Source of the DNA: Geosiphon pyriformis uo1
Lineage: Eukaryota; Fungi; Glomeromycota
Direction: 5' to 3'
Length of the DNA: 64,000 nucleotides
NCBI GenBank assembly: GCA_016748015.1
Contig: JAAOMT010000678.1
Coordinates: 538,389 to 602,388 of the forward strand
Shown here one piece after another: positions 53,793 through 64,000 of the stretch. Under the pieces are notes generated by a model. It had not been told where the DNA came from and did not search any database. It saw only the letters and a list, made by a program, of their open reading frames with translations. Position 1 is the first letter of the stretch. Every line of letters begins with the position of its first letter. The position numbers and the translations under genes are program-made.

Positions 53793-55216
53793 ATGGAGAG
53801 TCAAAATTTGGGTCCTTCTAAAAAATTACCATTAATAATATTCACTTATATATTATTTTTAATCATTTTTTTGCAAAATTGGTTATCTAAAGAATCAAAC
53901 TCTAAGAAAAATTATTCGAAAAATTTTAATTTCACTGTTGATTTGCAAAATATGAACTTTAAAATTCGTAATTTAAACCAATCAGATATGAATCTTGTCT
54001 CTAATTTATTTTCAGAAAAAGACTCCAAATATCCACTTACCAGGGGAAAAAATCCTAAAATTTTTCAAATTTTATCCATGGCGGCACGCTATGCTAGTTT
54101 AGCCTACTGTTTGGACGATTCAAATAGCCACAAATTAGCCCCTGGATTTTTTGGTAGAGTGAATGACTGAATATACTTAATTAATAATATAAGTCTCTGA
54201 ATTTTTATTTTTTAGTTAAACAAAAGATTGAAGAATTAGAAGCTGATAATACACAAACGATAAACATATTCTTCAAAGTACCAACATTGGAACAAATAGG
54301 TTGGTTCTCCAGCAATTTCCAACTTGAGAAAATAAAAAAAGATGGAGCTTCAGACATGCAAATTGGAAGCGTTTTCAAAAATGAAATGGACCATGTTAAG
54401 CCTTTCTGGAATATTTTGCAACCAGAAATTGCCAAGCTTGCAACAAAAAACATGAAAAGGACTACCACTACAACAAAGATAAACTTTATTGGTCATGAAA
54501 ATGCCGGGGGTATACTTTTTTATTTGATAAATTTTGCTTCCAACCCCTTTTTTTTCGACTATTTGAAGGGAAACACGCTTTTCTAATAGAGAAAATAATT
54601 AACTTCATCAATTAATCTATAGTTATGGCTTTTTTAAGCGCTATGAGTTTAAGTACTGGAGATACAAATTATTTTTGTCGGGTTTTTCACATCTGTGAGT
54701 TTCGTGCTATCTCATTTGGTGCACCAAGAATCGGTGACGAAAATTTTGCCAACAAAGTCAACCAATTGACTAATAGTGACAAACAAAAGTTGCGTCTCCA
54801 AAAAAAGATTCCCTTTCATTTTATTCGTGTCACACAGGCGTATGATCCTATCCCCCGATTACCACTTCAGTCAGCTTCTGGTCTGATTTATAAACATGCG
54901 GGGGAAGAATTTTGGATTCCACCAGATTCTGAATGCAACTGTTTATCGGATGATACCATTTTTTATTGTCCAGGGAAGGTGGTTGATCCAAGTAAAGGAG
55001 ATATTGAGGAAAACTTGGTATGCTTAAGACTATATTATTTTTCCTAGAGAATTATCTCACTCAATGATTCAAAATAATTTTTTTTAGGCATGCATTAATC
55101 AGTACAAAGCCAGTATCAACCCAAAAAGTCAAAAATCAAATTTTAACAATATTCAATATTACTTTAGCCATCAAATGGGATTACAAAATAATGATGAATG
55201 CCAAAATTTCTTTTAA
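53793..55216 (+). CDS. Class 3 lipase-like protein (4 exons: 53793-54153, 54216-54509, 54623-55017, 55088-55216; 392 aa), N-terminal anchor, nucleophile Ser replaced
   Basis: GT..AG introns keep frame at all three junctions. Motifs MAARYASLAYC, INFIGHENAGVMAFLSA (=GHSxGG), SFGAPRIGDENFA, RVTQAYDPIPRLP, YKHAGEEFWI, YCPG, ENLACINQY; hydrophobic LPLIIFTYILFLIIFL. Confidence 0.88.
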
Positions 55217-55593
55217 ATTCAACGAAAATTTACATTCTATACCAAGGTTATTATTATATAAATTTTAAAAGAATAACTTTTCTACGCGACAGCTAGGGGA
55301 GATTTATTTTGTTGAAAATTTTATTAAATCATTTTTCGAAGCTTTATAGTTTGGATCCGAGAAATAGATTGATGAAGAGATCAATTAATTTTATAGTCGC
55401 AGTAGAGCACGAGTTTAGATCCTTTCTCTTGCATCATGGATGCATAGTTTAGAAAATTTTGATTTATGCAAACATGAATTTTAAAATTAAACTCTTTTAC
55501 TGTCTCATTTCTATAAAGCTCGTGCTCGAAATATAATTTTTTCAAAATAAGCATAATCTTTGAATCCTTGATCAAATTATCTACTCTCTTAAA

Positions 55594-56592
55594 ATGTTTC
55601 AATTAGTTTTGATCTTTTGTTGGGCCTTCCTTTCTGCTGTTTCCGAAGCCGTTTTCAACCCAGAAATTTCGACACTAGGCGCTGATCGTCGGTCTCTGGT
55701 GGATCTTAGCATCCAGAACTCTGCCACTTTGTCTGATGAACCTTCCAATAAAAATCTCTGGGTTTATCCGTACAAATTGGATGATTCAAATATCCATAGA
55801 TTTTCACGTAAAACTCTTTTCGAACCTACGCGTTTTCATCGGTTGAAAGATAATTGGACACCTCGAATTCGAAGTAATCATCATGAAAGAATTCATCATC
55901 AAACGCATCGATTTTCTGAAAGCGATCATTTGTTACAAAATGAATTGCAAATTAACGCTCACCTCAAAACCCTTTTGGAACATGAGGAGAGATATATTAG
56001 TTCTTTATTGTGGCAATTGCAAACTATCAGCGAGACGAACAAAAATGAAGCTAATAAATTGAATTTAGATTTTGGAGAGCCTAAAATGCTTAAACAGTCT
56101 GATATATCAGTTTCCGATTCTTCATTGGCTCCAATAACGGACACGATGGAGGAAAAAAATTTTGCGATGACTCTTCCAGATGATTCATCTATTTCAAACT
56201 CTAAATTTAAAATCTATCCTTTGGAAGATAGCTTGATAACTTTATCTGAAGCGATTCCATTTAATGGCGACCCAGAAAATTTCGAAAATCTCATATCAAA
56301 TCCTCGAGCCGACAACCAAGTGCATGGAAACCGCTTAACATCGAATACAAATGATGGCGTTGCAACAACTCCAATTGAACATCAGCAAGAAAAATCAGAT
56401 ATACAGCTTAGTATTTTTTCTACACCACATCGAAAATCTTCACCTTCTCAAGGCTATTATTTCCCCATTGACGCAGAAATTTGTGAAGCAGAGACAAAGT
56501 CAAGGTTCAGAGATGTTTTTTTAACCGCAACTTTATTTTCCAGCATGCTGATTATAGCTATGGCAGTATCACGATCCTTTGATGGAAATTGA
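55594..56592 (+). CDS. Signal peptide + disordered ectodomain + C-terminal TM protein (paralogue 1), 332 aa
   Basis: MFQLVLIFCWAFLSAVSEA signal peptide; C-terminal RFRDVFLTATLFSSMLIIAMAVSR; long intact ORF in AT-rich DNA. Confidence 0.85.
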   Translation: MFQLVLIFCWAFLSAVSEAVFNPEISTLGADRRSLVDLSIQNSATLSDEPSNKNLWVYPYKLDDSNIHRFSRKTLFEPTRFHRLKDNWTPRIRSNHHERIHHQTHRFSESDHLLQNELQINAHLKTLLEHEERYISSLLWQLQTISETNKNEANKLNLDFGEPKMLKQSDISVSDSSLAPITDTMEEKNFAMTLPDDSSISNSKFKIYPLEDSLITLSEAIPFNGDPENFENLISNPRADNQVHGNRLTSNTNDGVATTPIEHQQEKSDIQLSIFSTPHRKSSPSQGYYFPIDAEICEAETKSRFRDVFLTATLFSSMLIIAMAVSRSFDGN

Positions 56593-57339
56593 TGAATTCC
56601 ATTCAGTATATTGGATTAAGCGAAAAACATAGATTCTAGCAATACGTTTAAAGCCCACTCAATGATCTAATGGGTATTCCCACTTGATTCATTTTTAAAA
56701 CCAAATTTAATATTTCAACTTTATCAAAGATTTTAAGGTGTTCAAAAATGGAGGCTATAATTTTTCAATATGTTTTATTTAACTCATCTTTGGTAACAGG
56801 GATTTCTGTCTTAATTTATTCCAAATGTTCTTACCATTCAAAATTTAAACCAAGAAACATTGTACATTTCTCTAATCAAGGTTAATGCATGATAAAATTT
56901 TCGTGTTGATTAAATGGTTTTATATTATATCGTAATCAACCTCAAAACAAAAACCCATTTTTGGTAGGACTACATTGTTTTTTTATATATTATAGAGATC
57001 CAAATAAATAAAATAATCCGCCGATTATATCACGATAACCAATGAAATTTCATCTCAGTCGGGAAAAAAGTTTCATAATCATCATGGATTTCCCGCAAGT
57101 CGATGTAAATATTTTTATTTCAAAGTTTCAGTTCACCAAATGACTCAATCCAAATAGTTTTGTTATATAAATTTTTAAATTGTAGCAGAAATATTATTCC
57201 GTTCGAGAGAGTATCTATAAAAGATCTATTTTGCGGAATTTTCGACATTCCCAAAAATCTTTTGTAATTCACTTGAAATTTCACAACTTGGAAAATCATC
57301 AAATTAAAATATTTCCCTTATTCCAGAAATATTAACGAA

Positions 57340-58560
57340 ATGATAAAATTGATTTCAATTTCATTACTATTGAGTATATTGTTTTTAAATCAAATTGCGT
57401 TGGCTAATGTAAACAATAAAGCGCCTTTCACTTTTCAAGACAGAAAGTCAAAGACTTCAGAAGGAATGGATAGCTTGGTTTTCACAATAGTTGACCAAGT
57501 TCGAACAAACGATCATATCCCTTCTCTTGACGAACTGTTCACCTTCCCTTTTGCCGACTTCTCAAATGGTGTTGCTGAATTTCGAAAAATGCCTGATCCA
57601 GAACTTCAAAACTTCAAAACACCAATTCCAAAGGCTCTCTTGAGGACACCATTCTTAACTCAATCATCAGAAAAAACTGCTTCAATATCAGGCAGGCAAA
57701 AAAATCGACAATCAGGCCCAAAACGATTGCCTCGTATCCCAGTGTTCATGCCTGGCGATGATGCTGATCAAATTCAACCATATAGTTCAGTCGATAGAAT
57801 GTCATACGGTCAAAATGAATTGGAATATATACTTTCTGCTTTGGACTTTATCACCCAAGGAATCACTCAGGCTACCTCTTTAAATGAGGAGTCAAAAACT
57901 GATCCCCAGCTGATTGTTCCTCCAGTGGTGAATACCCCAATTACTCGCATTTTCATCATGGACGATGAGCCACGACCGGATAATTTCCTTTTTGACAGAC
58001 CAAGCGCCTCGATGCCTGTTCCAATGCCACCAGGAATGAGTCCCGTTGACAATATTGAAATCCCAAAAGATCAACATCAAAGCTTGACAGTTGTTGAAAA
58101 CTTCTTGCCTGATAATTCATTCGGTGGACCAATATTAGAGAAAGTTATGATCTTCGACGAAAACTCCAATCTTTTCAATAATAACAAAGACAATCTATTC
58201 GACTTTATCGATTCTCGTCCTGAAAGGACGCCAAATTATGAAAATTCTATTCAAAGAAATTCCGAAATTGATGAAACCTTGGAGCGTTCAGATGAAGATA
58301 ATACGAAGAAAATTTTGCCTCCTAATGAACCTCTGTTTGCAAAATCGAACAGTCACATTAAAGATAATTCTATCTCATATACTGCTTGGCCCCAAATGGA
58401 ATCAGTGCTTAATGAGCTATTCTATCCGTTTGCATTATTTTCATTAATGCTTTTACTTATACCTGCCGTTGTGAGAATTCTACAGAAAAAGGAGTATAAA
58501 AGTAATAATTATTCACCAACTATCTTTTGCTATTGTGAAGAAAAGTTTAACAAGATTTAA
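57340..58560 (+). CDS. Signal peptide + Pro/acidic ectodomain + C-terminal TM protein (paralogue 2), 406 aa
   Basis: MIKLISISLLLSILFLNQIALA signal peptide; LNELFYPFALFSLMLLLIPAVVR TM; tail QKKE..YSPTIFCYCEEKFNKI. Confidence 0.88.
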   Translation: MIKLISISLLLSILFLNQIALANVNNKAPFTFQDRKSKTSEGMDSLVFTIVDQVRTNDHIPSLDELFTFPFADFSNGVAEFRKMPDPELQNFKTPIPKALLRTPFLTQSSEKTASISGRQKNRQSGPKRLPRIPVFMPGDDADQIQPYSSVDRMSYGQNELEYILSALDFITQGITQATSLNEESKTDPQLIVPPVVNTPITRIFIMDDEPRPDNFLFDRPSASMPVPMPPGMSPVDNIEIPKDQHQSLTVVENFLPDNSFGGPILEKVMIFDENSNLFNNNKDNLFDFIDSRPERTPNYENSIQRNSEIDETLERSDEDNTKKILPPNEPLFAKSNSHIKDNSISYTAWPQMESVLNELFYPFALFSLMLLLIPAVVRILQKKEYKSNNYSPTIFCYCEEKFNKI

Positions 58561-59147
58561 ACTAACAAATTTTCACTGTTCTTAAATTTTCAGAAATAGG
58601 TCAAGATTTACTTGTGAAGATTGAGTAACCCGTTGAGATATAATATAATATTTTGATCATAATAATTAGCCCAAGTAAAGCTTTTGTGAAAATGATATGA
58701 TGAAACTCAATAAATTAAAAAATTTGGATCCTGTTTTAATTTTGACCTAAAAGGTTTAGACAAAATAAAAAAGATAAATAGAATTTCATTTTAGATAAAA
58801 TCTGTTGGAGATCCTGCAAAAACGGAACTCTGAACCACGTTTTAAAACTTTTTAAAACTATATTCAGGCACAGCTGACAGCAAAATCCTCATTGAGTAAC
58901 TTTAAGAATTGACCTGAAAATTTTATGCGCTGCTTAATTGATAAAATCTTTGATCAAATTTCTTTAAAACCGTTAAAGATGCATTATTTTGATGATTCCC
59001 AATTGCTTCTATGATGGGGATGATTTCTGAAAATTGCATGAAAAAAGGATGATATAAAAGTTTTATCCATATTCCTTGAGGAAAATGAAATCCCTTCATT
59101 GTCACCAAATATTTAATGATCCAAAACAAATCTTTATCTTAAAAAAT

Positions 59148-60227
59148 ATGTACCAGTTCATTATGTTCTGTTTATTGTTTAGCCTTCTGCCCCTCAATGG
59201 CATAAAGGCTTTACCCCGACCATCAGTTGGAAAAATTATTACAGTACAAGAAATTACACCAAAATTAGGAAAAGCTGCTGAAGGCTTTTGCATTACCGTA
59301 ATCGAACATGGGCCTACCGAAAAGATTCTTGATTTCCCCGATTCTTCAACTTCTAGCATGAACTTTGGATTCCCACATATCCCAGAAAAGCCTTTTTCAG
59401 GGCCAACAAGTTTCCACGGCTATCGGCAATGCTTCCCATCAATCTCGAAGCCTCTAAGACGAAAGCATCGCCATGAGCCTAACTTTCTGGCAGGTTATAA
59501 ATGGCTTCCTGATAGATTTCCAGATTTTACCCAATTGCCATCGGTATTTAGTTCAGAGCTTAGTGAGCCTGAATCTTTATTCTCATACGTAAAAGATTTA
59601 ACAAATTCCTTGGAAAAAGTTCCTGTCGCCGACAATTCTGAACCTTTGAAATTAGATGATATTGAAAATGAAAGCACTCCTGAGAGGAAAAATATTAGCC
59701 CAGCGCTTGATGAAGATTTTTCCTCAGACCAGTTTCATGATCCTGAAGGATCTCAAGAATCTCACGACTCTATCAAAGACAGAGCTGGAGCTTTAAATTA
59801 TAAGCCTTATCAAGGATGTGACATTCAATTATTTGAATTTCAGCAAGACTCTGAAGAGAGTGAGTTCCCAAATCGAACCAAGTCTAGTTTGATTCCCACA
59901 ACCACAGAGCTTACCGTTTGGTCTGAGAATATAAATTTCTTAATTACCTCAGAAACTGCTCCAATCGCCTATCCCGACTCATCCTTTATTGAAGAAGAAT
60001 CTAACTGTGCGCCTCATTTTGCTTGGTTCATCCCTAAAGACACACTTTCCTGCAACTTGAAAGTTGTTTTCAGGGAATTATTTTATCCGGCCGCACTTTT
60101 TGCCTGCATGTTAATTCTTATCCCTACTATCTACAGATTCGTTCAGAAGAGGGAAGATAGGCGAATTTCCTTTGCCCCGATGATTTTGTGTAATGGTGAG
60201 GATAAAAGAATGATGCAGAAGATTTAA
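59148..60227 (+). CDS. Signal peptide + Pro/Ser/acidic ectodomain + C-terminal TM protein (paralogue 3), 359 aa
   Basis: Start reassigned to ATG 59148 (MYQFIMFCLLFSLLPLNGIKA|LP signal peptide); FRELFYPAALFACMLILIPTIYR TM; tail QKRE..FAPMILCNGEDKRMMQKI. Confidence 0.88.
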   Translation: MYQFIMFCLLFSLLPLNGIKALPRPSVGKIITVQEITPKLGKAAEGFCITVIEHGPTEKILDFPDSSTSSMNFGFPHIPEKPFSGPTSFHGYRQCFPSISKPLRRKHRHEPNFLAGYKWLPDRFPDFTQLPSVFSSELSEPESLFSYVKDLTNSLEKVPVADNSEPLKLDDIENESTPERKNISPALDEDFSSDQFHDPEGSQESHDSIKDRAGALNYKPYQGCDIQLFEFQQDSEESEFPNRTKSSLIPTTTELTVWSENINFLITSETAPIAYPDSSFIEEESNCAPHFAWFIPKDTLSCNLKVVFRELFYPAALFACMLILIPTIYRFVQKREDRRISFAPMILCNGEDKRMMQKI

Positions 60228-60772
60228 ACTTTTATTCCAAATCTCGTAAGCGTTTGGAATAAATTGTACTCCTAGCTTGTATTTTTAAAATATTAGTACA
60301 AAAGAGAAATTGAAAATTGTTTTATATAATAAAGAATAGCTTGTGATTAATATTTTTATGCCTTGAGAATCAACCATAAAAATTTAGCACATACGAATAT
60401 AACTATAAAATTTTACGTAAAAACGAACCATAATGGGTCAAATTAGATTTGGTCGGCCTGTTGTGTCAATTTTAAACGTTAGAAAAGAAGTATAACAGCT
60501 GACTTTTTAATGTCTGATTTGGAAAACTAAAATCGTTAGAGGGTCTCCTGCTGATCATTACCATTTTGAATGCACAGAATATGAGCACTCAATTTCGTCA
60601 TATCATACATAGACGTAACAGCAAAATAAATAAAACCTGAACAAATATGCGAGTGATTAATACTCATGCAACACTTCACTGATCTTCATTTTCCGCGTTA
60701 TAGCTTATTTTAATAGTGACTTGAGTTTTTGAAGTTATCAATCTGTATTTCCAAACATCCCGGGATTAACCT

Positions 60773-61888
60773 ATGGATACTTTTGAAGATGATCTCATGA
60801 AATCCTTGCTATTAATCGAGCCTGAAAAAAATCTACAACAAGTGCTTTACACGGCTGTTACTCGCGGTGAAAAGTCATTTTTTGCCCCAAGATTCTATCA
60901 ATTTTTCCAGCAAAACAGTTATGATGCCAAAAAAGTATTTCAGTACTTGTTAAATGGAGAAAACCAAAACAAATATGGATGCTTACTAGGTTGCTTTTAT
61001 GAACATGGAATTGGGACGGAAGTAGATAAAGAGGCTGCCTTCTTGCATTACAAAAACGCTGCTAACAATGGTGATGCGGTTGCTCAAGCTCTTCTTTCTC
61101 TTTGTTACTTTGATGGATGTGGCACCAAAAAGGATCAAGCTATGGCTTTTTATTGGTGTAAGAAATCTTCAGAGGCTGGATGCACTCGTGGTATGTGTAC
61201 TCTTGCTTACTGCTATAACTACGGTATCGGCGTGCAAAAAGATGAAAAACAAGGTTTTCAGTGGTGTCGATTATCAGCCGAAGGTGGAAATGCTGCGGGT
61301 CAATTTAATTACGGATTGCTTTATGAAACTGAAGATGCAAAAGATGAAGCTAAAAAGGAAGCTCTATATTGGTACCGGCGATCTGCTGAAAATGGCAATA
61401 GTTTTGGACAATTTGAATCGGGAAGATGTTATGAAAAAGGAATTGGCACTTCCATTGACCGAGAAATGGCTTTTTATTGGTATCAGAAATCGGCTAATGG
61501 GGGCAACTCTTCTGGACAATGTAATTTAGGCTTTTGCCATGAATTTGGAATTGGTACAGAGGTGAATATGCAGAGAGCTTTTTACTGGTATCAGAAATCT
61601 GCAGATCAAGGCGAAGAGCTTGCACAATATAATGTTGCGAATTGTTATCGGACAGGATCAGCAACAAAAAAAAATGAAACTAAAGCTGTTCTTTTATATA
61701 CTCGGTCGGCGTTAGCTGGTTGCGAGAGTGCCCAGTATATGCTTGGATTTAGTCATCAATATGGTCATGGAACGAAAAGAAATTTACATAAGGCTATGAA
61801 TTGGTATTTAAAAGCCTTTAGAAATTCCAACGACAATGCACACACTCAATTGCAGCTTCTTTTCAAACCACCAAGTTATTTTTTATAG
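60773..61888 (+). CDS. Sel1-like repeat (SLR) protein, 371 aa, intronless
   Basis: About eight ~36-aa repeats of AQxxLGxCYxxGxGTxxDxxxAFxWYxKSAxxG; no signal peptide or kinase domain seen. Confidence 0.95.
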   Translation: MDTFEDDLMKSLLLIEPEKNLQQVLYTAVTRGEKSFFAPRFYQFFQQNSYDAKKVFQYLLNGENQNKYGCLLGCFYEHGIGTEVDKEAAFLHYKNAANNGDAVAQALLSLCYFDGCGTKKDQAMAFYWCKKSSEAGCTRGMCTLAYCYNYGIGVQKDEKQGFQWCRLSAEGGNAAGQFNYGLLYETEDAKDEAKKEALYWYRRSAENGNSFGQFESGRCYEKGIGTSIDREMAFYWYQKSANGGNSSGQCNLGFCHEFGIGTEVNMQRAFYWYQKSADQGEELAQYNVANCYRTGSATKKNETKAVLLYTRSALAGCESAQYMLGFSHQYGHGTKRNLHKAMNWYLKAFRNSNDNAHTQLQLLFKPPSYFL

Positions 61889-62159
61889 TCATAAAATTAA
61901 TAAAAGAAACGGAAATTATTTTGGATAATTGTATTGATGCAAGATATTCACCCCCGAACAAAATTTGGGTAATTATTTATCATTCAAAACAATTCAGTAT
62001 TTCAAAGGATTATGCATTCATGCTAGAATATTCCATGTCAATTGCTTGACAATTTCAAAGAATTTGACGAAAAATAGAAAATTTTTACATATATGGGCTC
62101 TTGAGCTTTCGATAGATATCATTAGCATTTATAATGAAAGTTTAAATTAATTTTTCCAA

Positions 62160-64000
62160 AGAATAAACTTATATCAAGGTCAAACTTACAAAATTTTTAA
62201 ATGTTATAATTGGCTAGAACTTCTATCATTACTAATAATAATACTTTAATTTATTTTTAATTTATTTGTTACTGTTTAATTTATTGTTGTGAATTGAAAT
62301 AACAAATTAATCAATAGCTGAAAATAAAATTTAAGCAAATAAAAGAAGTAAATTGATTATGAAAATAATTTTTTTTCACATGACTTGTTTTTTTGACATA
62401 TTTTGTATGTTTTAGGTATTTAAGAATTTTATTAAAAATGATTACTCAAGTGAATATAACTTAATTATAATCACAAATTAATAAAGTTTTTGTTAAAAAA
62501 TTTATTAATAAAATAATATTACAAATAGCGATTTTAAAAGTGTAACCAAATTTTCTTAATAAAATTTTGATTGGTCCAAAAATGGTAACAAAGTTAAAAT
62601 AATTAAGCTTTAAACTAAAAATAAAATAAGCTAATATTATTGAATGTTTTAAATTGGAATTGCACAACACTTTAAAAAAATATGGTATTATAGAATAAAA
62701 TAAAATAAAAATTATTAAACAATAACTATCTTTTATAATAGTCAGTCTTATATTGGAAAGCTTTAAATTATACAGAAAAAAGTTGCACGGAAATAAATTT
62801 TAATATTAATTAAAATTATTATAAAATTATTAATAAATAGGATATACAAATATATTTTTATTATAATTAAAATATAAAAAATAAATCAGATTGAAATAAA
62901 TATTTTAATTAATTAAAAATGTATAACAATTAGTTATTTTTAATATTTGTCAATATTTATTATTAATTAATATTTTTACATATGGTTTTCAAATTTTATG
63001 CACATATTAAAATTAGCAAATATAAATAAATTATTTTAAAGATAAAAATAATTTATATCACCATTAAATTAAAAATATTAAACTAGAGAATTACACTTAT
63101 TAAAACAATTTTAATAAAATGCAATCCAATTGCTACTTATTTACACAATACTAAATATGTTTTATTATAAGTGCAGCTTACATACTTTCTATATATAATT
63201 AGCCACTTAAACCTTGTATTAAGATCATATTAAACTAAAATAAAACTAGAAAAAATTCCAATTATCTAATTTTATTTAAATTCTGGCTATGAAAAATGAA
63301 CTCGTTTAGCTAAAGTCTAATCTTATCAACATTTGATATTATATTAGAGTTCAACAATTTTCACAAAACAATTAACTAAATTATAGTATTTTTATTTATT
63401 ACAAAATTGTTTTCATTATTTGCAATATCTTTATATAATATGTACATATTACATTTTTTTTGGCTTTAGTAATACTTTTATACAAATCTGTAAAATTTTA
63501 CTAAAGAACTTAATTTTAGTTTCTACAATTTTCCAATTTTAAATTTGTATTTTAAACAAAAAGCAAAATAACAACCTAGATTATTATTATATTAATAAAC
63601 ATAATTAAGAATTCTATTAACAAACATAATTAAGAATTCTATTAACAAAAAAAAGATTTTACAGCCTTTTTTACCAATAATATACAATATTAGTTTTACA
63701 AAAGAACAATAACTTTGGCATATAATACAAATAACTTGATTTTAGATGTTAGTATAATAAAATAAATAAATTTGTAATTAAATACTAAATAATTAAAATC
63801 TTAACACTTATAACAGTATCAATATCCAAAAGTTTTTTTACCAAATATAACTCTTTTAAAGTATTAGTTTTAAAAATAGTAGTATTATAAGCTTTTTTAA
63901 ACTTAAAAATGACAATAATATATTTTTAATAACAATTATTATTAAAAAGCCAAAGAATAAAACCAGTTTGTTTACACATTTAAACAAATATATATTCCTA
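62160..64000. other. Extremely AT-rich, CpG-poor tract, probably hypermutated repeat DNA; includes a 25-bp direct repeat at ~63597-63646
   Basis: Composition like 6900-8670; aaacataattaagaattctattaac occurs twice; no coding motif recovered. Confidence 0.45.

Noticed and set aside
57867-61529. Overlapping antisense or alternate-frame ORFs within the membrane and Sel1 genes
   Set aside because: Shadow ORFs of longer, motif-supported CDSs.

Overview
AT-rich eukaryotic DNA, most consistent with a glomeromycotan fungus. The mix of RNase H-bearing LINE, MATA-type HMG genes, Lipase_3 and Sel1-repeat genes resembles Geosiphon/AM fungi; this taxon call is inference. Layout: (1) ~0.3-6.9 kb, a near-complete but heavily C>T/G>A-mutated, CpG-depleted non-LTR retrotransposon (ORF1-APE-RT-RNase H-Zn). 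(2) ~10.5-41.5 kb, a gene-poor region with three intronless MATA/SOX-type HMG-box genes, a possible fourth degenerate one, and tRNA-Arg(ACG). (3) ~26.7-30 kb, a decayed operon-like bacterial insert missed by the ORF track: AAA-like fragment, Xaa-Pro aminopeptidase and endonuclease IV, with TGA at probable Trp positions, pointing to a Mollicutes-related endobacterium (MRE) donor. (4) Three Tc1/mariner relics (one interrupted by a solo LTR with a 4-bp TSD) and a pogo relic. (5) A head-to-head pair of related F-box-like pseudogenes. (6) A compact co-oriented cluster at 53.8-61.9 kb: a spliced lipase-3 lacking the catalytic Ser, three tandem signal-peptide/single-pass membrane paralogues sharing an unrecognised TM and tail motif, and a Sel1-repeat protein. 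All alignments were done by eye; relic boundaries are approximate.
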